Positions 1-9,423 of a stretch of DNA of 64,000 bases are shown here, in pieces. Both the position numbers and the translations under genes were made by a program. The stretch's first letter is position 1; each line of letters opens with the position of its first letter. The notes beneath the pieces were generated by a model. It was given only the letters and a program-made list of their open reading frames with translations. It did not search any database and had not been told where the DNA came from. Origin of the DNA: a bacterium (GTDB taxonomy: Bacteria; SAR324; NAC60-12); contig OZ242383.1 in NCBI GenBank assembly GCA_965209155.1, positions 3,328,001 through 3,392,000 of the forward strand. The letters run 5' to 3'.

Positions 1-1596
1 GAGCCTGCGGGTTCTGACGCCTGGTTCGGGCATCCAACGATGAAGTTGAACGAGCAAGTTGGCGAGATGCTAGGCAATCTTAACTGGGCAGTAGATAGGG
101 ACGAATATGACCTTACAGCCTTTTACATACCTGACTCTGCCAGAACAGGGGGTCTGGTGGAAAGCTGGGATATTTCCCCGGACGGCCTCACCTTTACCTT
201 CCACATCCGCCAGGGCGTTCACTGGCATGATAAGGCACCGATGAACGGTCGGGAGCTAACTGCCAAGGATATCGAATACAACTGGCACCGTTATACGGGT
301 CTGGGCAGCGGCTACACTGAATTTAGCCCCAATATTGCCCAGTGGGGAGGAATCGACGATCTGGGAATCGAATCGATAACGGCAACCGACAAATATACGG
401 TTGTCTTTACCATAGAGGAGCCAAACCTGCAGGCGTTTCGTGAAATCTTCTGGGGGTACCCTTTGTACATGTTACCCCCAGAGGTAATCGAGCAACACGG
501 CGACGTTACGGACTGGAGGAACCTGGTCGGCACCGGGCCCTTTGAGCTGACAGACTGGACCAAGGGCAGCTCTCTGACCTTTACTAAGAATCCTAACTAC
601 TGGGGCTATGACGAGAAATACCCGGAGAACCGCTTGCCCTATATTGACGAGTTAAGGGTGATGATTATGCCCGAGGAGGGAACACGTCTGGCAGCGCTAC
701 GCACGGGTAAGGTTGATTACCTAGGTAGGATGTATTATACTCCAATAAAGAAAATCAGCATGCTAGAGAGCCTCCTGCGGACCAACCCCGAGATCCAAGT
801 TTTTCCCTTTTACATTGAGCCGTATGGTATTGCTCAGGACGCGCAAAATCCGCCTTTTAACGACATCAGGGTACGCCACGCAATGCAGATGGCAGTGGAC
901 GTTGAGGCAATTAGCCATACCTACTTGAAGGGTTGGGGAAAGACGACACCTGTGGGGTATATGTCGGACGCGATGGTCGGGTATGTCACCCCATTTGCAG
1001 ACTGGCCGGAAGACATCAAGCAATACTACAGGTATGACCCGGAAGGGGCGGAAGCGTTGCTTGATGAGGCTGGCTATCCGCGCGGCGCCGACGGCATTAG
1101 ATTCAAGACTGGCCTGGACTTCAGAAATATATATGATCAAGGCTATTATGAATTGGTCGTAGCATACTTTGGTGAGATTGGCGTTGAGGTAGAGCTTAAA
1201 CCAATGGATTCGGCGTCTTGGGGTGGTCGTCTACGAGAACATAAATATGAAGGTATGACCAGTGAAGCCATAGGATTTGCGACGAGCATACTCGGGCACC
1301 TAGGACAAAATATCTCGACCTCACCATGGAACCCCGCCGGTGTGCGGGAACCGGCTTATGACGCCATGTATGAAGCCGCCAAAGCCGCTACCACCCATGA
1401 GGAGCAGCAGAGGCTGGTTAGAGAGGCAAATATGTACCTAGTAGAGAACCACTGGCATCTATTTCTTGGTGGCGCGCCAAGATTTTCTGTGCTTCAGCCG
1501 TGGGTCATAGGCGGCAACGGTGAAAATATAGACACTGGGGTCGTCATTGCCCGCCTCTGGATTGACAGTGAACTGAAGGCAGCAATGGGTTATTAG
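1..1596 (+). CDS. ABC transporter substrate-binding protein, family 5 (Dpp/Opp/Nik-like), 5'-truncated by the window edge
   Basis: Frame is open from base 1. SBP_bac_5 motifs LVESW..SPDGLTFTFHIRQGVHWHD, GTGPF, RVRHAM; followed by two permease genes. Confidence 0.92.
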   Translation, partial: EPAGSDAWFGHPTMKLNEQVGEMLGNLNWAVDRDEYDLTAFYIPDSARTGGLVESWDISPDGLTFTFHIRQGVHWHDKAPMNGRELTAKDIEYNWHRYTGLGSGYTEFSPNIAQWGGIDDLGIESITATDKYTVVFTIEEPNLQAFREIFWGYPLYMLPPEVIEQHGDVTDWRNLVGTGPFELTDWTKGSSLTFTKNPNYWGYDEKYPENRLPYIDELRVMIMPEEGTRLAALRTGKVDYLGRMYYTPIKKISMLESLLRTNPEIQVFPFYIEPYGIAQDAQNPPFNDIRVRHAMQMAVDVEAISHTYLKGWGKTTPVGYMSDAMVGYVTPFADWPEDIKQYYRYDPEGAEALLDEAGYPRGADGIRFKTGLDFRNIYDQGYYELVVAYFGEIGVEVELKPMDSASWGGRLREHKYEGMTSEAIGFATSILGHLGQNISTSPWNPAGVREPAYDAMYEAAKAATTHEEQQRLVREANMYLVENHWHLFLGGAPRFSVLQPWVIGGNGENIDTGVVIARLWIDSELKAAMGY

Positions 1597-1630
1597 GGGT
1601 TGCACCCATTGTGGCTGACCTTAGGGGAAA

Positions 1631-1666
1631 AAGGGAACTGGGAGGCTTAAGCCTCCCAGTTCCCTT
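1631..1666 (+). terminator. Perfect 36-bp palindrome between SBP and permease (terminator/attenuator or mRNA-stabilising hairpin)
   Basis: AAGGGAACTGGGAGGCTT/AAGCCTCCCAGTTCCCTT, 35 bp after the SBP stop. Confidence 0.6.
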
Positions 1667-1724
1667 ACTCGTTGTCATCTGAAGGGCTCGCAATGACGGC
1701 AGAAATCGCAATGAGGAGTGTCAC

Positions 1725-2729
1725 ATGAGAGCCTATATCATCAGGCGGTTATTGCTGATAATCCCCACCCTGTTTATATTGACCATCCTGGTCTTTCTCG
1801 CGGTCCGCTTCATCCCCGGCAATATTATAGACGCAATGGTGGCTAAAATGGGAGTCTATTCAACGGGGGAGTATGACCGTGAAGCTCTTGAGCATATGCT
1901 GGGATTAGACGTGCCCGTCTACGTGCAGTATGGACGCTGGATAGGAGTGTTGCCGACCCCTGACTGGCGTACCGGTGAGTCGCACTTCACAGGTCTCCTC
2001 CAGGGCAGTCTTGGCCGCTCACTGCTTGGCGGTCGTTTGCCGGTAGAGGAGGAGATCATAGCTCGATTGCCGGTGACCATCGAGCTTGGCCTCCTGGCAA
2101 TCGTGATCGGGCTGTTGATCGCCCTGCCGGTGGGCATCTACTCGGCGATTCGCCAGGATACCGCCGCCGATTACGCGGGGCGCTCCGTGGCTATCATCGG
2201 CCTGGCTACGCCGAACTTCTGGCTGGGAACGATGGTGATGATCTACCCGGTAATCTGGTGGGGCTGGTCGCCTCCGCTGGAACTTGTTTCTTTCACAGAG
2301 GACCCGCTAGGGAATCTCTGGGGGTTCTTTATTCCTAGCCTGATCCTGGGAACGGCCTCGGCGGCTGCGACCATGCGGATGATGCGTACCATGATGCTCG
2401 AGGTGCTCCGGCAGGACTATATCCGCACCGCCTGGTCCAAGGGGCTCCGGGAGCGGGTCGTGATTATCCGACACACCATCAAAAATGCCCTCATCCCGGT
2501 TATCACCCTGATCGGCCTGCAGTTGCCGATCCTGGTGGGAGGCGCGGTGATCATGGAGAACATCTTCAACCTGCCGGGGCTCGGGCAACTGTTGGTGAAT
2601 GCCCTCAATGACCGAGACTACCCGATGGTCTCCGGAGTCAACCTCTTTTTCGCCACCGGGGTGGTGCTGATCAATCTCCTCATCGACCTGATTTATCCCT
2701 ATCTGGACCCGAGGGTGCGGTATGAGTGA
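1725..2729 (+). CDS. ABC peptide/nickel transporter permease, DppB/OppB-like
   Basis: MRAYIIRRLL N-terminus, EAA-loop DYIRTAWSKGL, DPRVRY C-terminus. Confidence 0.93.
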   Translation: MRAYIIRRLLLIIPTLFILTILVFLAVRFIPGNIIDAMVAKMGVYSTGEYDREALEHMLGLDVPVYVQYGRWIGVLPTPDWRTGESHFTGLLQGSLGRSLLGGRLPVEEEIIARLPVTIELGLLAIVIGLLIALPVGIYSAIRQDTAADYAGRSVAIIGLATPNFWLGTMVMIYPVIWWGWSPPLELVSFTEDPLGNLWGFFIPSLILGTASAAATMRMMRTMMLEVLRQDYIRTAWSKGLRERVVIIRHTIKNALIPVITLIGLQLPILVGGAVIMENIFNLPGLGQLLVNALNDRDYPMVSGVNLFFATGVVLINLLIDLIYPYLDPRVRYE

Positions 2730-3681
2730 GAAATCCTTCCCCATCCGTGAGCCCAAGCGACGGAACCGGTTTGCGGATTTCTTCATCAGGCTGTGGAAGG
2801 AGAAGCCGCTGGGTACTTTCTGCGGGATGATCGTCTTGCTTTTTATGGGGGTGGCGCTCTTTGCCGATGTTTTGGCTCCTTATGATTATATGGAAGTACA
2901 CATGTCCGACATGCTGCAGGGCCCGTCAGCCCAGTATTTGCTGGGGACCGACCATATAGGGCGAGATTTGTTGAGCCGTCTGATCTACGGGGCTCGTCTT
3001 TCCTTAATTGTCGGTCTGGCCGCCACCACGCTCAATGTGGTCGTCGCTGTCCTGATCGGCGGGATTTCCGGATTCTTTGGCGGCAAACTGGACCTGGCAG
3101 TGCAGCGCTTTGTCGACGCCTGGATGGCGTTCCCGGGGCTGCTGCTCTTGTTAACCATCATGTCCATTGTCGGGCGGGGGATGCCACAGATCATTGTGGT
3201 CCTGGGGATCACCGGAGGCATTGTCGGCTCAAGAACAGTCAGAGGTGCTGTGATTGGTATTAAAGAGAATGATTACTTTCTGGCAGCCAGGGCCGTGGGC
3301 ATCCCAACGCGCCAAATCCTGATCCGCCATGTCCTGCCCAATATCATGGCGCCCCTCATCATCATCTTCAGCATCAACATCGGCGGGGTCATCATTGCCG
3401 AAGCTTCACTGAGCTTTCTCGGATTCGGACTGCCCCCCAAGGTTCCAAGCTGGGGGGCTATGCTCAGCCAGGAGGGACGTCAATACATGGAGAGTGCCCC
3501 ATGGCTGGCGCTCTGGCCGGGGCTGTGCCTGACGCTGGTCGTTTTCAGTCTCAATATGTTCGGCGACGCCCTCAGGGACATGCTCGATCCGAGGCTGCGG
3601 GGAGGTGAGGGTAGCTACGGCACCGCGATGTTGAAACGCAAACGAGGATTCCTCGCCAGACTGCTCAATCCTTTCTCTTAG
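2722..3681 (+). CDS. ABC peptide/nickel transporter permease, DppC/OppC-like
   Basis: LGTDHIGRD, RHVLPN, EASLSFLGFG, GDALRDMLDPR motifs; overlaps the upstream permease. Confidence 0.93.
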   Translation: MSEKSFPIREPKRRNRFADFFIRLWKEKPLGTFCGMIVLLFMGVALFADVLAPYDYMEVHMSDMLQGPSAQYLLGTDHIGRDLLSRLIYGARLSLIVGLAATTLNVVVAVLIGGISGFFGGKLDLAVQRFVDAWMAFPGLLLLLTIMSIVGRGMPQIIVVLGITGGIVGSRTVRGAVIGIKENDYFLAARAVGIPTRQILIRHVLPNIMAPLIIIFSINIGGVIIAEASLSFLGFGLPPKVPSWGAMLSQEGRQYMESAPWLALWPGLCLTLVVFSLNMFGDALRDMLDPRLRGGEGSYGTAMLKRKRGFLARLLNPFS

Positions 3682-3698
3682 GAGGCTCTCCCTCATCT

Positions 3699-4110
3699 AT
3701 GAGGCCGCCAAAGCCAATAACCAAGGATTACTGGGGGCTTTATTCCAACGCTGCCCAAAAGGGAGATTACGTCAAATGGATAGAATTCCTGGGACTAGAG
3801 GTGTGGGAAAGCAAGAAAGAACTCCAGGATTGGCAGAGTGTTCCGGAGCGGTGTTTCCCTGAAGATTCCACGCAGTCCTGGTTCTGTCCGGTTTGCGGCA
3901 AGCGATTGAACGCCAAAGCCTTCAATATCCTCTCTCTATAACAATATTTAGAGGAGGTCAATCGATTTTTATTGTTCCTCTTAACTCCTCAGGGGCGAGT
4001 GCTTGTCTCATCCTGGAGTTGATCCTCGCTGTTTTCTGTGTCAGTTCTTGAAAATACAGGGCAATCCTGCCCTTCCAGGAGCGAAAAGCAGGGGATGCAG
4101 AGCAAATCAT
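3699..4110 (+). mobile_element. Probable remnant of an IS91-like element (transposase C-terminus plus 3' end region)
   Basis: ORF fragment with YWGLYSN and terminal CPVCG resembles Y2 transposase C-termini. The downstream ~180 bp recurs, diverged, at ~31725-31900. Confidence 0.4.
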
Positions 4111-4169
4111 GTCAAGAAGTGATGCGCACTCAAAATAAGCGGCTTTCGCAAAAAGTTGCTTGAGCTTGC

Positions 4170-4586
4170 TTAGGAGCGATTGAGTTGAGATTGAAGCTGT
4201 TGAAGCAGGCTTTGTAACTCTTCTTTCCTTTTTCGAATCAACTCTTCTTCAGGAGTCCTCTCTTGTTTGAGAAGGTTTTGAGTCATGTGGATTTGACCGA
4301 TCAGTATCCCTTCTTCTCGACCTTTTTCCAGACCTTCTTCTCGGCCTTCTTCCAAACCTTGTGATTTTCCGATTTGGATCAGTTCTTTTCCGGCGACGGT
4401 TTCGTCTAATGGGGTCAGTTTGAGCATCTTCTCTATCTCCTCTCTCGTCAGTTTAGAAAACTTCTCTACAATAGCATAGGTTAACAATTCTCTCAAATGA
4501 AAAAATTCGTAAAACAATTCATCGGTTCTCAAATAATTGCTCCGTTTGACGAGGTTTGACATGAATGATTTCCCATTTCTTATCAA
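4170..4586 (-). pseudogene. C-terminal fragment of an Rpn/YhgA-like (PD-(D/E)XK) protein
   Basis: Typical GLEEGREEGLEKGREEG tail; no nuclease N-terminus. Confidence 0.55.
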
Positions 4587-4703
4587 TCTGCCGAAATAAC
4601 CTCAATGTCTAAAATAGATTCTCTGGGCTTGATTCTTCCAAATTGTTCAAACTTGACGAAGAAGAAAAAACAGCGATTCTCAGGAAGGAAAAAAGGATGG
4701 GCT

Positions 4704-5099
4704 GTGCGCCAGGAAGGCTGGCAAGAAATAGGGAGTGAAAGTCTCTCACTCGGTAAGGCAGTAACGACCCGCCGAGGCCCCGAGTCATGGGTGGGTATCC
4801 GTGAGGATAGGCGCTAAGCGTTGACAGGGGAGCACATAGGCTCGGTTATTGAGCTCCGAAATCAAAGTTTCAGGTGCCGACCCTGTAGCCTGGTGGGGAA
4901 GGCCATATCAACCGAAGACGTTAGCGTGAGTCCCGGTTGGGCTTGACGGAGTCGAAGACCCGGAGCATGTGTGGAAGTTTCTTGATCGGAACCTGGGAAA
5001 TCCTGAAGATGACTGTCAATGTTCCCTTGGCAGTCGGGCCGGGAAAATTAATAAATAACCCCAGCATCCACGTTTTCAGGAGTCGGACAAGTTCATAGT
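4704..5099 (+). mobile_element. 5' part (DI-DII and start of DIII) of an outer group II intron
   Basis: Starts GTGCG at 4704. Candidate EBS1 AGCCTG (4887-4892, loop of GCCGACCCTGT/GTGGGGAAGGC) pairs with IBS1 TGGGCT (4698-4703) using two G-U pairs. Ends in the DIII motif GAGTCGGACAAGTTCATAGT. Confidence 0.8.
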
Positions 5100-7110
5100 G
5101 TGCGCTGGGCAGCGCATGATTCAGGTGGGTTCAAGTCCCACTCAGCCTGAGATCCCAGGCTGATATCCAAAAGCGGGGGTAATGCCTCGCTGGCCGGAAT
5201 GTTTACCAGGGCGCCATCCCGGGCGCTTTAAGCACAATGGGAGGTCGAAAGGGCCAAATGCACCGAAGTAAACTTCCGGAGGACAGGGTGTCCACCGTGA
5301 GGTGGAATCTGAAGGGTTTGCGGAGAATCACCGGGTCGTAGTCAAGGAGGCTACTCCAGAGACGAACCGGTCGGCCAACAGCAGGGAATGGTTGAGCTTG
5401 CACTATGGTGGCGAAAGCAATTGGATTCCCCCCTGCAATACCAAGGTGTGTGCGGACGACACGGTGAGGAAGAATCATGGGTGACCCCAGGAGGACTCAG
5501 GACGTTCTCAGGTGGCACTAAGATAAGGGACCCTATAAGCGAAAGCGAAGTGGGAACCGAAGCGTTTTGAGTAGTCGGACCATCGAATAGTACCTGAAGC
5601 GTAGTGAGAGCCACGTGACCGAGGGATCGGCAGCCGAGTGAGCTGGGGAAGGCGATGGGCAGAGAAGGTTGGAATGGGAAAGGAAGTCAGATGAGTAAGG
5701 ACGGTGAGGTGGAAAGTTCGGTAAGTGAAAGACCCAGAACTCATGGGCCGAGGAGACTGGCAGACTGGATCAATCCAACGGGAGCGAAGAAGGTTCACTC
5801 CTTAGTGGACAAGATTTACAAGATGAAAAATCTGGAGTTAGCCTGGCAGAAGGTCAAGCAGAACAGAGGGGCAGGAGGCATCGATGGGGAGAGCCTGGAG
5901 GATTTTGAAAATCATCTCCAAGAGAATCTTCAAAGCCTGCATGAGCAACTCAAAGGCGATACCTATCAGCCTCTTCCTGTTCGTCAGAAGCGGATCCCCA
6001 AGTCAGGGCAACCGGGAAAATATCGTCTGCTTGGCATCCCGGCCATTCGTGATCGGGTGTGCCAACAGGCCATTCTCAACCGGTTGGAGCCGATCTTCGA
6101 GCCGGTATTCGATGATGCCAGCTTCGGCTACCGCAAAAGAAGATCGACGAAAGAAGCTCTGGGGAAAGTATGGAAGGAAATACAGGCAGGGGATGAGTGG
6201 ATCGTTGACGCAGATCTGAGAAATTTCTTTGGATCGGTCGATCAGGAAAAGCTTTTGACCCTGATGAACCAACGGGTCTCGGATGGCCGTGTCTTAGGTA
6301 TTCTTAGAAAAATGCTTAAGGCCGGTTGTTGGAGCGAAGGGAAGCTCTTTCCTACCGAAGCCGGGACGCCACAGGGCTCGGTGATTTCCCCCTTAATGAG
6401 TAATGTGCTCTTAACCCCCTTCGACCAGGAAATGCGTCGTAAAGGATACCAACTGACGAGATATGCGGATGATTGGGTCGTGACCTGTCAAAGTCGGTCG
6501 GAAGCCCAATCCGCCCTTCAAACGGCGAGACGTATTCTGCATCAGCTGGGGGTGGTGCTCCACACGGAGAAGACCCGAATCGTCCATGTAGGACACGGTT
6601 TTGAATTTTTGGGCTTTAAGATTAAGCGGGGCAGTAAACCGCTCAAGCTTCCTGCCGAAAAGATTCGCAGTGGAGCCAAGCCGGGGAGACTTTATGCCTA
6701 TCCCCGCGACAAATCCATCCAGCATTTTAAAGAGCAGATTCGAAAACGCACCCGACGGAAGGCGCCTTTGACGACCCAACAATTGGTAGAAGAGTTGAAC
6801 CCGGTAATCCGGGGATGGGGCAACCACTATAGGAAAGCCCATGTCCGGTTACTATTCAATCGGCTGAACCGCTGGATCGTGCGACGCATTTGGTCGCATC
6901 GATACAAAAGGTGGAGAAATGCAGGCTGGAAAGCTCTCCCTAGTACGAAGTTATATGGGGAGTATCGGTTAGTAAATCTGATTTCACTAATTCCTTCGAT
7001 TAGTCCCTACGGCAAACGGACTTCTCTGTGAAAGCCGGATGCGGGAAAACTGCACGTCCGGTTTGGGCGGCGGACGGAGGCTAGCGGAAACGCGCCTCCT
7101 CCGACCCGAC
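5100..7110 (+). mobile_element. Complete group II intron (inner) with an RT/maturase ORF
   Basis: 5' GTGCG at 5100. EBS1 ACTATG (5402-5407) is complementary to IBS1 CATAGT (5094-5099). DV AAGCCGGATGCGGGAAAACTGCACGTCCGGTTT has the AGC triad. DVI ends CCGAC at 7110. Confidence 0.92.
5655..7031 (+). CDS. ltrA: Group II intron reverse transcriptase/maturase, no endonuclease domain (start may be ATG 5691)
   Basis: GAGGIDG, RLLGIP..RDRVCQ, GTPQGSVISP, RYADD, NPVIRGW maturase region; no HNH C-terminus. Confidence 0.95.
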   Translation: MGREGWNGKGSQMSKDGEVESSVSERPRTHGPRRLADWINPTGAKKVHSLVDKIYKMKNLELAWQKVKQNRGAGGIDGESLEDFENHLQENLQSLHEQLKGDTYQPLPVRQKRIPKSGQPGKYRLLGIPAIRDRVCQQAILNRLEPIFEPVFDDASFGYRKRRSTKEALGKVWKEIQAGDEWIVDADLRNFFGSVDQEKLLTLMNQRVSDGRVLGILRKMLKAGCWSEGKLFPTEAGTPQGSVISPLMSNVLLTPFDQEMRRKGYQLTRYADDWVVTCQSRSEAQSALQTARRILHQLGVVLHTEKTRIVHVGHGFEFLGFKIKRGSKPLKLPAEKIRSGAKPGRLYAYPRDKSIQHFKEQIRKRTRRKAPLTTQQLVEELNPVIRGWGNHYRKAHVRLLFNRLNRWIVRRIWSHRYKRWRNAGWKALPSTKLYGEYRLVNLISLIPSISPYGKRTSL

Positions 7111-7111
7111 A

Positions 7112-7297
7112 GGCAAGAAATATATGTTGAAAAATCCCTGGCTGGCATTCTGGCCCGGCATCTCCCTGGCCATCGTCGTCTTCGGGATCAAGATGTTCGG
7201 CGACGCCCTGCGTGATCTGCTCGACCCTCGGCTGCGAGGCGGCATGGGCCGCTTTGTGATGGCCAAAAAGAAAAATAAAATAAGAGGTTATTCTTAA
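7112..7297 (+). pseudogene. 3' fragment of a DppC-like permease gene forming the intron's 3' flank
   Basis: Translates GKKYMLKNPWLAFWPGISLAIVVFGIKMFGDALRDLLDPRLRGG...*, matching the C-termini of the three intact DppC paralogs. Confidence 0.85.
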
Positions 7298-7584
7298 AAA
7301 ACCAATCCATTTTGAAAAGTAAAAGAGGAAGGAGAATCAGAGAGGGCTCTGCAAGATAAGGTAGAAGCCTTGCGGAGAGAGGAAGAGGCGGAAGCTAAAG
7401 AAAAACATCTTAGAGAAATCTTGAAAAAAACTGGAATAGATCCCGATGAGTAAACTCATTTTCCCCAGTTTCTCAATCCCATACACTTGAGTCTGATCAA
7501 TTGCTCTCCGTCAAACCCGCTCCTCAAGATACCTTTGAATTAAGGAATGAAATTTAAATAAGTTAAGTATGGATACGCAAAATC

Positions 7585-8973
7585 GAGATATAGTCGAAAG
7601 TTGGGGATGGACTAAATTTGAAGGTGGCGTATCCTATTGATGGGAATTTAAAATAAATAGAATTACATCAAAGAAAGGATACGCCGATGAGCAACTATAA
7701 CGTGATTGATCTGGAGAAGCCAGAGCAAATTATTGAAGATCATTTGAGTGAACTTTTGAGAGTGAAAGCCAGGAAGATACTTTCTGAAGCGTTGGAATTG
7801 GAGATGGAAATATTCATGAAGGAATATCAGTCCTATCGACTCTCGGATGGACGTCAGCGAGTGGTTCGTCATGGTTATCATCAAGATCGGGAGATTCAGA
7901 CGGGAATTGGTTCTATATCCGTGAAAGTTCCGCGGAGTAAAGATCGTCAAAGCACCTCATCAGAGGAAAGGATTCGATTTTCTTCCAAGTTGATCCCCCC
8001 TTATCTGAGGAAAAGTAAAAGTATTGAAGCCCTGATTCCCTGGCTGTATCTGAAAGGGATTTCCACTGGTGGCTTTCAGGAGGCGCTCGCAGCGATTTTA
8101 GGTAAAAGAGCGGCGGGCTTGTCTTCAGCGACAGTGAGCCGTCTTAAATCAAGCTGGTATGAGGATTGGAAAGCCTGGAAACAACGGGATCTCTCCCAGA
8201 GTCATTATGTTTATCTCTGGGTCGATGGCGTGTATTGCAATGTGAGAATGGATAAAGATAAACAATGCCTCTTGGTGATTGTGGGGGCAACAGAAAATGG
8301 AGATAAAGAGCTCGTTGCCTTGGAAGATGGCTACCGGGAAAGTGAGCAATCCTGGAGGGAACTGCTGATGGATCTGAAGCACCGGGGATTGACTGAGGCC
8401 CCTAAAATCGCTGTGGGAGACGGAGCGATGGGATTTTGGAAAGCTTTGAAAAAAGTCTATCCTCAGAGCAAAGAGCAGCGTTGTTGGATGCACAAAACGG
8501 GAAACATTCTCAACTATTTACCAAAAAGGGAGCATCATAAAGCCAAGGATCGTCTCCATCAAATTTGGATGGCCAGCAGCAAAGAGGAAGCTTTCAAAGC
8601 CTTAAAGCATTTTGTTGACATGTATGAGGCGAAATATCCTAAAGCCACTCACTGCTTGATTAAAGATCAGGAGACCTTGATGGCCTTCTATGATTTCCCG
8701 GCAGAGCATTGGAGGCATTTGAGAACGAGCAATCCCATTGAATCCACCTTCGCTACTGTCAAACTGAGAACTGCCAAAGTCAGAGGTTGTTTCTCAAGAA
8801 ATACCGTCTTGACGATGGCATTCAAATTAATGGAATCCGCTCAGAAAAATTGGATCCGATTACACGGATTTAAACGATTAGCCGAAGTGATAGAGGGAGT
8901 ACAATTTGTCGATGGAATTCCTCAATACAGGATCGCCGCCTGAATTGCCATCCCCAGAATTTGACTATAACTC
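7585..8973 (+). mobile_element. IS256-family insertion sequence
   Basis: Imperfect TIRs GAGATATAGTCGAAAGTTGGGGATGG / CCATCCCCAGAATTTGACTATAACTC; 9-bp TSD CGCAAAATC (7576-7584, 8974-8982). Confidence 0.95.
7687..8943 (+). CDS. IS256-family DDE transposase
   Basis: YLWVDG, AVGDG, QRCWMH, RTSNPIES motifs. Confidence 0.95.
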   Translation: MSNYNVIDLEKPEQIIEDHLSELLRVKARKILSEALELEMEIFMKEYQSYRLSDGRQRVVRHGYHQDREIQTGIGSISVKVPRSKDRQSTSSEERIRFSSKLIPPYLRKSKSIEALIPWLYLKGISTGGFQEALAAILGKRAAGLSSATVSRLKSSWYEDWKAWKQRDLSQSHYVYLWVDGVYCNVRMDKDKQCLLVIVGATENGDKELVALEDGYRESEQSWRELLMDLKHRGLTEAPKIAVGDGAMGFWKALKKVYPQSKEQRCWMHKTGNILNYLPKREHHKAKDRLHQIWMASSKEEAFKALKHFVDMYEAKYPKATHCLIKDQETLMAFYDFPAEHWRHLRTSNPIESTFATVKLRTAKVRGCFSRNTVLTMAFKLMESAQKNWIRLHGFKRLAEVIEGVQFVDGIPQYRIAA

Positions 8974-9276
8974 CGCAAAATCAGGGGACACGTAACAGCA
9001 GGTATAAAACAGTAGAGTTGAGATGCGCAGCGGTCTACATGTCCCCCAATTTTGCTCACACCATTGGAAGAACTACAGGTTATTTAAGGTTTGTTCCTAA
9101 GGAGTCTCCAACTGTATCGAAATGCCAAAAGCGAAGGAGTGACCTTGTGAGTTCACCAGACACGGAAGCAAACCGGATTCAAATCATTAGGATCGCTGAG
9201 GGGATTAATCATGCTATCCCGACGACTAAAGAACTTTCAGAGGCTCTTAAGAACACGACAATCTGAAGACCATACC

Positions 9277-9299
9277 ATCTAACCAGTCGCTCAACTTGA
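9277..9299 (+). other. Left half (R''-L'') of an attC-like site
   Basis: ATCTAAC-CAGTC-GCTCAACT, 10 bp after the ORF stop; right half absent. Confidence 0.5.
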
Positions 9300-9423
9300 G
9301 GAAGAAGAAAAACAGCGATTCTCAGGAAGGAAAAAGGAACGGATTCCTTTGGTGCGTTTACCATCTGAAAGGGGAGAGGATTCTTTTCAATGCGGATATA
9401 TTGTGGAGAGTCCATTGATGCGC

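Larger units (their letters stand above)
7569..9266 (+). pseudogene. Small hypothetical ORF (about 100 aa, cassette-like) interrupted by IS256 after codon 5
   Basis: Removing the IS and one TSD restores MDTQNQGTRNSRYK...KNTTI*. Preceded by GTTAAGT (GTTRRRY) and followed by an attC-like half site. Confidence 0.6.

Noticed and set aside
5100..7110. Class C (attC-targeting) intron linked to the attC sites
   Set aside because: DV is full length with an AGC triad rather than the short CGC type, and the target is another intron, not an attC site.
7540..7568. attI site before the IS256-interrupted ORF
   Set aside because: Only a GTTRRRY core is visible and no integrase is adjacent.
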